64,000 nt of DNA from Gonapodya sp. JEL0774 (taxonomy: Eukaryota). Under the pieces are notes generated by a model. That model did not search any database, had not been told where the DNA came from, and saw nothing but the letters and a program-made list of their open reading frames with translations. Location: contig JADIIX010000003.1 in the NCBI GenBank assembly GCA_027604505.1, positions 1-64,000 of the forward strand, in the 5' to 3' direction. This document shows, piece by piece, positions 1-9,595 of the stretch; positions within the stretch are counted from its first letter, which is position 1, and each line of letters starts with the position of its first letter. Made by a program: the position numbers and the translations under genes.

Positions 1-389
1 GTGAGGAGGGGGTTGGGGGGGGGGGGGGGGAGGGGGGGTAGGGGACAGGCGCACAGCCCAAGTGGAGGAAGAAAATATCTACTCCTTGTAGTTGAGCTAC
101 TGTTTATCCGTGTAGTTGTCGGGTATAACGCGTGTCCAGATATAGCGGGGCCGCCAACCCAAGTATATAGTCTCGGTTGGTGAAAGGGAATATGGGAATT
201 GTAGAGAAATAAAGACTCGGTCAGTAGATGTTGAAACCGTGCAAGGAGGTTGCGCAGTGGTGGTTTATTGCCACCTTCCACAGATGTCACGAGAAGCAAT
301 TAATTTCTTGGAAAAGAAGATTCAAATGAAATTTGATCAGTGAAGATGTGTTAGTTTACCACTAATGCATAGTGATCTACTGGAAATAG

Positions 390-3366
390 TGCTCAAGTGT
401 ACGACTCCGCGTGCTGCGCAATATATCTTCAAGATTGATCAGTCGGAGAGTCGGAGTTGAGTCTTGGTGGAAGGGTTTGGTGGGGGGGGCCTTGCATTTC
501 AGTCGTGGGTGGTGGACGTATTGATGCCTGCAGGACCAACCTGTGTGCAGTCCCTGCTTCGCTCCCAGGGTGGTGGTGCTCTGGGAGCGGAAGGATTGGT
601 GCTTACAAGACTTAAACTCGGAACTATCGCCCCGATCACGAAGTGCGACGACACGACGACATGGAGGCGGATGCACTACGAAGGCGGAAAAGGCCAAAAG
701 GTGTTCCCGCTTATCACAATGGCACGAGTCGCCCCCAGAGAACTTCTGTAGAATCCACCCAGTACTCCATTCTAGGAAGGGCAGAGAATGTTAGAAGAAC
801 TTTTCTATACAGTCACATGGTGATCTGGGGTGTCGGAATGTTCGCTTTGAGTGTGATTCAACTCCTGTGGAACGGCAGGAGGGAGGATTGGGTTCGCGGA
901 CTGAATGAAATGGCTGCATCTCGCGATTTTCAGCCAGCCAAGTGGAATCCACTGATTTGGGGTGGTGCCACCACAGAAGACGTTGTCGTCACTTCGCATT
1001 ACGGAGCAATGCTCATGTTCTTAGCCGGGTCCGTGTTCGCTCTCTTTTCGCTCGCGACGGCTGATGCAGTTAAAGCTAATCTATCTACGTGCCTGGCCGG
1101 GGTGAGCTCTCCCAACTTGTTATGATTTGGGTTCACTCTCACAAAATGTTCCATCAAAAACTTGTTGCACGCCACGATGCCCCTCCCGAATTCGTACTCT
1201 TCCCCCCCCCCCCCCTTCTTCACAGGTTGATATATGCTCATTCTTAACTTATGTGGTTATGATTCTCGGAATAAATCCAATAACACGAGGTGGGACATGC
1301 AATAGGATGGACGAAGACGACACATTCATCTAACTTTCCACCGTCCTCTTCGAAATCTCCAATCTCTTTTGTTGTTTGTGTTAGATTCTTTTGCATCCTA
1401 CACCTTTCACCCCATCCGCTATCTGAAACATGCGACTTGCACCCCATCGATAATATTAATGGCACATGATATTACCGGCGCCACTGCTGCACATCCTGGT
1501 ACGCGCCTTTCGCGACCGATCTTTTGGCCGCTGACTTGCAACTATGGTATCCACATATTTGGGTGAGTGCTGCAGCTGAGATGCACCGACACCTGTTTCT
1601 TACACCCTCAAAGATACCTGGTTGTGGCGCTCCCAAAACCGCTCGCCTATTTAGCTCTCTTCGGGTCTTTTCTTTGCTTTTCCGTCGTCATCAATGACTT
1701 TAATTTGTGTTTCGGTAACGCAATTACCTGGAGGGCTCGAAGGGAGCAAGAGTTGCGGTACGGAAGAAGCCAAAAGGGGAGCCCCGCCATCCCAGAGTTC
1801 GAAGCAGCCTCTATTGATGATGATGAGTTTGATGGTATTGTCGACTCATTGTCTCTGTGGCTCGCGTGGATATCATGTGTGGGTGCGTGGTGCTCGTTTC
1901 CCGTTCTCTTTGTCGGTGAGTTTTGTGGCGCGACATGATTGTCCCCTCTTAACGAGCGAACTTCTTCACAATTTTATGTTACCTACAGGGTTGATCACAG
2001 GGACAATCTCCTACGCGACATTCGAGGCTGGATTCTCCATTGCCGATGTGGGTAAAGTCATCAACCTGAAAACGATCTGTTCACCGCTCTTATCAAACAG
2101 GTGGTCGCCAAAGTTTTTCTTACCTTCATCCTTACTAATGCAAACTTCGAACTGACAATCTTAGATCGATACCGACGGGAAGCAGCTCTCTCTCGCCATT
2201 CTAAGCGTCTTGAAAAACTGGTGGAAATGTTGGGCAGGGAGGTCCACACAAAGCTTCCGCTCACATCAATAGGATAGTAAGTCTCAGTACGATTTGAATT
2301 ATGATCACGAACGTAATCTCACTCCCCGTTGTGCGCATTAGTGGCTTTGATAGGCCCATTACCGTTACATCACCTCGTTTCATTCCGTACGTCACTGCAG
2401 TGACAGCAGACATAGCACGGTTTGACGTGTGGGCAACAGATCAGGATGTGAGAATTTGGACACTGTGTACTGAAACTGTTACTCAAGATGTCTCGTCCTG
2501 TGTTTGAAGAGTGGTGCGGTGCTGCGATCAGCTCGACAACTTTGGCTAGAATGTGACGAGCTTTGCAAGAGGTTCCAAGTGACACGAACCGACATTCTGG
2601 GGTTTGTTCCTCGCTTGTGCGCCACGCTTTTATTTTGTGCGTTGATGGCGCTCCACAATACCTGTAGGGAATCCTATGTTGCAGTTTCTGGTTTCCCTGT
2701 CGAATCGTCGACAACACCGACGAACGACTGTCGCCGCGCAGTTGAATTCGCTATCGAGCTTTTGAGCTTAGCTCAACAATTGAGTCAAAGAACGGGTCGC
2801 CCTATCGACCTCCGGATCGGTATCCACCTGGGTAGTGCGGCGGTGGCATATCTAGAAGGTGGAGGAGAATCCACTCCAGGCTCAGAGTATTCGGATCTCA
2901 CGGCATCGCCGTTGGATATGGCCACGGTCACCTATTCTGAACAAGAGAGAGCAGGGGATAGGGCGTCGGTGTCAAAGTGGTTCCTGGGAGGTAATGCTGT
3001 GGAGTTTGCGACAGAGTTAAAGGTGACATCAAAGGTGAGTGTATTGCTCGCACCTTTTTGTGTTTCCTGTCAACATGATTCCTTGCGGGTCAGCCTGGAT
3101 GTATTCACATATCTGATGCAGTTTATCATTCTATTCTGGGAACAAGAGCGTTTGTCGTGGAAGGTCCCGAGTGCGTTTTTGGTAATTCTCTCTGTTGCTT
3201 GGAGTTGACCATCTGACAAGTACTTCGCAGACTCATCGATTTTGACCCTTTGCGCCACAAATATATTTCGGGAAATGTTGCAGCGACATACTGGGTCTTG
3301 GGCCACGCCAGCGATGAGATGCTGATGGAGGAGGAAGGGGATACCGTGCTAGCAGAGGAAGAATAG
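390..3366 (+). CDS. Microbial (type I) rhodopsin fused to a class III guanylyl-cyclase-like domain (RhoGC/CyclOp family), atypical; multi-exon, 5' end uncertain
   Basis: Manual splicing gives introns at 1102-1225, 1290-1384, 1563-1613, 1916-1988, 2048-2100, 2277-2341, 2448-2509, 2602-2667, 3035-3093 and 3171-3230, all GT..AG and frame-preserving. Rhodopsin segments: KANLSTCLAG|VDICSFLTYVVM, HPIRYLKHATCTPSIILM (helix C), LCFSVVINDFNLCFGNAI (helix E), AWCSFPVLFV (helix F) and FEAGFSIAD|VVAKVFLTFIL (helix G, DxxxK). Cyclase segments: VTAVTADIARF, QLWLECDELCKRFQVTRTDILG|ESYVAVSG, LRIGIHLG, KWFLGGNAVEFATEL, PGCIHISDAVY and TYWVLG. Stop TAG at 3364-3366. The part upstream of about 780 is tentative. 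Confidence 0.9.
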
Positions 3367-3649
3367 GTTTACAGTTCAGGGTGTCGCTTTACCCCACCGT
3401 TAATGCACTGTGCAGCAACTCTATTGCGTGATACTAAGAGAGATTTTTAAGATGTTCGTACCAATGCTGACAAAGGAGGTAACCTCCGCTAAGCCCCTCT
3501 TACAAAAAGGGTGACACGTTGGCTGTGGGAGAGCTGGTTCTAAAGTTAGCTTCCGAAATGCTCCTGAACCAGTTTTGGTTCCGCTCGGGGATACTGAAAG
3601 GCTTTTCCGAGTAACGTATTCCAAGCGATACATACTTGGACACCTACTG

Positions 3650-4763
3650 ATGGCAGCATTCCTTGCCCAAAATTTCAAAGCCGATGCCTGTGAATGCGTA
3701 TTCATCCCCTCTTGGCTGGCTGGCACCGCCAACTTACCTGTTTCATGCTAAGACTCTCTCTACAGGCCCACCTACAACTCCAATTTGTACAACCACATTT
3801 TCAATTTCCATCAGCAGAAGTTCCCTCGTGCGGCTATCCAAGCAAATGGCAGCGCGATCGACGGATGGGAGAATGTCGTGGATTTAGGGTGACGCTTCTG
3901 AATCGAACTTTGGGAGTGTGATGCCGGATGATAATCTTAATAATTTGCAGATGCGGAACCGGACAGGCAACCGTTCCCCTCTCTAGAGAATTTCGAAATG
4001 CATTAGGAGTGGATCCCTCCACCAAGATGCTCGAATCGGCAAAAATCGCACCGAATATAACCTACAAGTTGGGCAGTGAACATGACATTCCGGTGCCAGA
4101 GGGAAGCGTGGATTTGGTTGCAGCCGCACAGTGCGCTCACTGGTTTGACACTGAAGCGTTCATCTCTGAAGTTCGTCGTGTTCTGCGACCCCACGGCACG
4201 ATTGCACTTTGGGGATACTCGCTTGTCCACGTTCGGGACAAACCACTTCTCACTCAGCTTTTGCGAGAAACCGCTTATGGTACTGGTGAAGGTCAAGTTG
4301 GGCCGTAGTACGTGCACCCCGTGATTGAGCGTGCTGTGTTGAGTTGCCTCATCATTGACTCCCTTGTTTTTTGACATTACAGCTGGGAAGATGGGAGGAA
4401 GATTTTAGAGAACAAGTATGAGAGCATCAAGCTGCCGTTCAAGGAACAGAAAAGGTGATCCAATTCTTTGAGGTTGTCTTCATTATGCGTCTGTTTCCTA
4501 ACCTTTGTTCGGAAAGGATCTACTTTCCTTCACCCACAGAGGGTACAATGATTGATCTAGATATGCCGCTCCCGGCATTCAGGCACTATGTCGGTACATG
4601 GTCTTCTTATAAACACTGGAAGGAGGACCCCAAGAACAATGGAAAGAGTGATCCTTTGGACGCCATGGTTGCAAAGATTGCCGAGGAACTGGGTGGTTCG
4701 GGAGATGAAACGGTGGTACAGTTAGAATGGCAAGGGGTTCTCATATTGGCGACAGTTGATTAA
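3650..4763 (+). CDS. SAM-dependent methyltransferase (Methyltransf_11, Crg1/Tmt1-like), multi-exon
   Basis: Spliced MAAFLAQNFKADAYSLYRPTY...VVDLG|CGTGQAT (SAM motif I), GVDPSTKML, VDLVAAAQCAHWFD, VRRVLRPHGTIALWGY and TWSSYKHW. Confidence 0.9.
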
Positions 4764-4831
4764 AGCAGATCGGCTCAGAATGTATATTGATTTGGCGCTC
4801 AAAATGTCGGACTGTTTCAGAACGTTATCAT

Positions 4832-4968
4832 TGAATGCCCGCTCCTAACCTCTGTCCCGATCTCCACATCTGTCGTCCTCATTCCCTTTGTGCTCTCATC
4901 TGTCCCTCGCCATCGAATGCTGGCTCCTAATCTCTGTCCCGATCTCCACATCAGTTTTCCTCATTCTC
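4832..4968. repeat. Imperfect direct repeat of about 55 bp, 2 copies
   Basis: gaatgcccgctcctaacctctgtcccgatctccacatctgtcgtcctcattcc (about 4833-4886) versus gaatgctggctcctaatctctgtcccgatctccacatcagttttcctcattctcc (about 4915-4969). Confidence 0.8.
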
Positions 4969-6681
4969 CAATCTTTCAAGGTGCTCCCATCTCTGACTTG
5001 CCACAAGTACTGTGTCGATCACGTGCACTACCCCATTTGTCACTGGGACATCCGAGAAGATCACCCGCGCATCACGTGGGTGGTCTGGTGGAGGCTTGGG
5101 GTGAGGGTGATGCTTGTGGTGGTGGTCATGTTTGGGTTTACCGTGTTTGGGTTTGCCGTCTTTGTCATGCCCATCCTGTTTCCCACCATTATTGCCATGG
5201 TTGGTGCTTTCCACACCACCATCTCCTTTAGTGGATTCGTCGACCGAGAGAGTCACCTTCGAATGAAACGTGTTACTGCCACCAAACTTTCCTAATGAGC
5301 CACCACACCACCTCTACAAACGTTCTGACCACACTCACCTTCCCATTCATCAAGGTGGCTAAAAGTTCATCTTCACCAGCTGTCTTAAGTGTTTGGTTCG
5401 TCCATTCATCTCTCCAAAACTCCCTTTCGTACACAACTCGGGACTCATCAATCACATGAGAAAGCAGAATCTCGCGGAGTATCTCGTGTCCACGTCGGCG
5501 AAGGAGATGGTGGATTTGGCGGGGAGTGAACTATGGCACTTTTTGAGTTGTCGCTCTCTAAAGTAATGATCTTGCAATCACAATAATTCTCACTGTTGAA
5601 AGGAATGCCTTGTTATTGGGCGCCAGCAAAGTCGCACCATGTTTGTGATTCCATGTCCCAGAGAGCTCCGCCCGTTGAATAGCAAGCCTTAAAAACGCAA
5701 ACTCTTTGAACAGGTGATTGAACAAAGTGGTTGCGTGTACAGGTGGGAAAAGGATCCTGGTTATGTCGGTGTGTCAAAAGATCGCGTTAATTTTCTCCCC
5801 CGAGGACTATTACTTGGATCGGCGCCTGGACACTTACCGCGAAATCTCGTGTACGACACCGTTTTTCGCCTGAAGGTCAGCTCGACGCACAGCGGAGTAT
5901 CCGTTGAGAACGATGTTTTTATCTTTCACCTCCAGGACGTGCGCATCTGCTTTGAGGGCCTCCCAAAGCACATCAACCCCCTCCCAAAGCACATCGGCGC
6001 CCTGATCAGGACCATTTTCTTCGGACATTAAAACGTCGGCAAGAGCTTCCATCATTTTTTCTTGGAGATTCTCATACTTCCGTTCCAGTACTCTGATAAC
6101 TTGTTCTTGCCCGTCCATCTCGAACTCTTCTAACAAAGTGGGTAGAACATTATGGTGATGGTCGAGACGCGCTTTGATATGCGTTGAGTTAAACACGTGC
6201 GGAGAGATGTGGTATCTGATAATCTAAATCGAACAGTTTTAACTCTGCAGAGCGACATGAAAGGTTACGCAGATCCAGGGTTGCGGACCTTGTTCCAAGC
6301 GTTGTCACGTGTCGGATCCTGGTCGCCATGGTGGTGATACCACTTGAAAGCATCTACACCGGGAAATCTTGAAGCTTTTCTGCCATTCCATCACCTAGAA
6401 GTGCGGGCACTCTTACCGTCATTAGGTGCAAACACTGTAAGATTACACTTTTCCAGCATCTCCACGAGAGTTTCATTCTCGCAAATGAGACCTGCGAAGG
6501 TAGAGAACTGTGCATCCTGTTTCAACAGATCCCATACAGTTCTGTTGACGAAAGAGGTTGGGGGTTCTCGAAGATGAGAGACGAAGCTGATCTGCGCACG
6601 GGAAGGGGAACAAAAGATGCTCTCTGCAAGGATCCATATCACTACAAGGGAAGCCGACAGCCAAAGCGAAGACCCTGTCAT
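4951..6681 (-). CDS. Secreted fasciclin (FAS1) domain protein with two FAS1 domains and His/Pro-rich inserts
   Basis: Hydrophobic N-terminus MTGSSLWLSASLVVIWILA. FAS1 H1 motif LTVFAPND. H2 motifs DLQAKNGVVHEI and DVPVTNGVVHVIDTVL. The exact 3' end is uncertain. Confidence 0.85.
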
Positions 6682-6958
6682 GCTTGGATAGCATATGATT
6701 ACGTCATTGAAGTGAGTGCGATCACTTCGGCATATCTATCAAACAGTTAACGATACCAACCTCTGTTTAACTTCTCCGAGTCCTTAGTCAATTGAATGAT
6801 GGGCGGCTGAACAGAGCGCCGAGGAAGTGTGGATTTACTTCAAACACACTGAGAGTGGGATGTTGATTACTGCGGTCAAGTTGCAAATGTCAGCAGATGA
6901 ACATGCAAAGCTCAATCATTTACATTCATTGGAGCCCGTTCTGTCTGAGCTTTCAAGG

Positions 6959-8061
6959 ATGCCCGGGGTATTTTGTTGCTTTTCGGATCTTTCATACGGC
7001 GCAATTCATCTTACTCGTTGATGCGTCGGTTGTCAGGCAACTCTGTACCTGGCGAAGCTTTCGGGTATGAACTTCCGTTCTGTCTTCCGGTACTTCCTAC
7101 CATCAGCTTTTGTTTCTTCAAGATGCATCCCCACCGGACTCGCGCATCACATCGTTTCTTCGTGATCTTGTCGCTCATGGGGCCAGACTTGTTTGGGCTG
7201 CTCGGGTTCGGGAACCCGTCGTCCCCTGTTTCAAAATCGATGTCAAAGAAATTATGAAGACCACGTACGACGTAGCATTTATTCTACTTGGTGGGCCAGG
7301 GCTGCCTGATAACACTTTCCTGAGTCGCTCCGGCACTCAACTGTACGCGGTGTACATTGGTGTTCCTTCCCGGTGAGAGATGTCTACCTTTGAAACCTCA
7401 CAGATTGATGCCTCCGTACTTATTGCGTTTGTCGCGCTTCAGTGTTCTCAATGAATATCCATCTGTGAACAAGAGCATTCAGTCTGCCGCTCCGATGTAT
7501 CCACGGCCTCTGCCGTTCAATCCTTCGTCGTCGTCTACCCAGATACTTCCCAGTGACTCTCGTTACTTGGAAGTTTCATCTAGTTTGATTGACTACGCTC
7601 GTCGCCTCAGTGCATCTGGCTATGCAGGGCCGGTGTCACAAATCAATCTCCTCGCTTTCAAGGAGGGCGGTCATGCCAAGCAATCATACCATAAATATGG
7701 TCAAGGATTTGTAAAAGAAGGTGGCAAGCATGGCGGAAATGCAAAAATTGTGGGCAACGTTGTCGCTCCCGAACCTGGCAAGACAGATTCGAGAACACCT
7801 GGGTCGAAATGGTGGGACGAAATCGCAATCGCGCACTATCCAAGTATCTGGCATTTTGTGGATATGAGTGCGGATCCTGCTTACCAGCAGATCAACCAAG
7901 AGTTTCGTCTTCCTGTGAGATTCTGGTTTCGTGGTTAGAGTGGTCTCAATATGGATGAAATTTCTGTTGAAAAGGCACTGTACGACACCACCATCATTTC
8001 CACTACCGACATCGACATCGCAAGTCTTGGGCTGAATTCGGCGGCATCGAGTAAGATGTAG
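6959..8061 (+). CDS. Conserved fungal hypothetical protein with a DUF1330-like (dimeric alpha/beta barrel) C-terminal domain; C-terminal SKM is PTS1-like
   Basis: Spliced MPG|ATLYLAKLS|...GVPS|...QINLLAFKEGG...YHKYGQGF...GGNAKIVGNV...WDEIAIAHYPSIWHFVDM...YQQINQEFRLP|ALYDTTII...ASSKM*. Confidence 0.65.
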
Positions 8062-8308
8062 AACCACATGGTGTCTTGTTTGATGGAATGTTATAGGATG
8101 TCAACATGCAATAATAAATTGATTGAGATATTATGCCATTTGTGCTATAGGAGAGGTTTACATAACCACTTTTCAGTTTCTGGTGTGAACCTGAAAAAGA
8201 AAATGGGAGAAAATGATGAGGCAAACACCTGTACAGTCCTTTGTCAACACCAGTCAACTCACACATCAACTTTTCGGCACTACCACCACCAAGACCTCTT
8301 CCCTCTAT

Positions 8309-9344
8309 CATGTCCGTTGAAAAGAAAGCATTTGTAGTGTGTGGCGCTACCGGATCTCAGGTATGGGCCTTTCTCGGTACTGCATTTGTCCAATCATCAG
8401 AGCTCACATCTACTTACATCTCTCACATCTGTCTTTTAGGGTGGCTCTGTAGTCAAGGCTCTCCTTTCTGCCCCAGCGTATCACATTCGTGCTCTCACTC
8501 GTGACCGTCCAAGCCAAAATCTCTCCGTCTTGCCGATTGCGGCGTCAAGGTTGTGAAGACCAACTTACACGACAGATCAGATGTGGAGAAAGCATTCGAG
8601 GGAGCTTGGGGTGTGTTTGCAGTAACTAGCTTCTACTCTGTTTTTGGGCAAGATCTCTCCATGGTGCGGTCGATGGTGTCACATTGACACCGACTCTTTG
8701 GATGAAACCGACACCAGGGATCCAGAAGTATTAGGGGATCTCACTTTCGAAGAAAGAACGGGTAAAACGCTCGCGGACGTTGCAAAGGAAAAGGGTGTGA
8801 AGCGCTACGTTTGGAGGTCAGTGAACTTGCATCAGCTGTTACTGGCTCAATTTAGTGCCTTCTTGTGTCCCAGTATCTCATGAACTTGTTATCAACTACT
8901 TGAAACAACAGCTCCCTGGATGATGCCAATGGCATTTCCCATGGGAAATACGAGGTGAAACATTTCACCGGCAAACATAAAGTGGAGGAGTGTATTAGGA
9001 GCATCGGGCTTCCGGCAACATTTGTATATTTGGGCTTCTACGTGTGTTGATTGACTTATAAAATGCATACTTCAAGTCAATGTCAAAGTTTGGTTTCAGT
9101 TGAGCAACTTCGTGAACTTTTGCCCACCAGTTCTCTCCCAAGACAAAAAGTCCCTGGAATTTCGATACCCCTGCTCTGCCACGACTCAGATACCCCTAGT
9201 TGATACCGAGCGTGACACTGGTCCAGTTCTGAAGGTGATACTTGAGGACAAGAACGAGCGTCAGTTTAGGTAGGTCGGAAGCGTCGTCACAATCGCCCAG
9301 AAGTACTACAGTATGGAGGAGATAGTTGACATATTCCAAAAAGG
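8309..9344 (+). pseudogene. NmrA-like (atypical SDR) gene with a frameshift and an in-frame stop
   Basis: VVCGATGSQ|GGSVVKALL...IRALTRD is followed by a one-base deletion at about 8505; homology continues in another frame as PSKPKSLRLADCGVKVV...AWGVFAVT. Later exons read KRYVWSSL and HFTGKHKVEE. There is an in-frame TAG at 9271-9273. Confidence 0.75.
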
Positions 9345-9595
9345 TTGATTGTCTTTGAGGGGTTAGACTTGGTTTTTGATCTGATGATCGAATCAACGCC
9401 TTCCCTCAGGATACGGAGGAGTAGAGGTTGCACCATCGGCTTGAGAGTTAAAAGTAGTGGACAAGGGTTATCACGGAGTGGTGTTTCCGAGTTGAACAGC
9501 GATCAATCACTGATGATGAACTATATTTTAGTGAACGCTTTGGATAATAAATCTGACATTGCTTGGAATCATGCAAGGTCCAATAATTTCGCAGG

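Noticed and set aside
1..183. 60-aa Gly/Arg-rich ORF and G-quadruplex-like runs at the window start
   Set aside because: These poly-G runs are typical of low-quality contig ends, and the same pattern flanks the N gap.
1385..2112. Calling the rhodopsin a NeoR orthologue
   Set aside because: NeoR is defined by extra carboxylates in helix C, and this protein has none there. Only the half-site cyclase is analogous.
1694..2155. ORF-track reading IADVGKVINLK as the rhodopsin helix G
   Set aside because: It runs into the intron at 2048-2100. Splicing gives the better DVVAKVFLT and keeps the frame into the cyclase.
9271..9273. TAG as evidence of stop-codon reassignment or readthrough
   Set aside because: TAG ends many normal genes in this window, and the same gene also has a frameshift, so decay is the simpler explanation.
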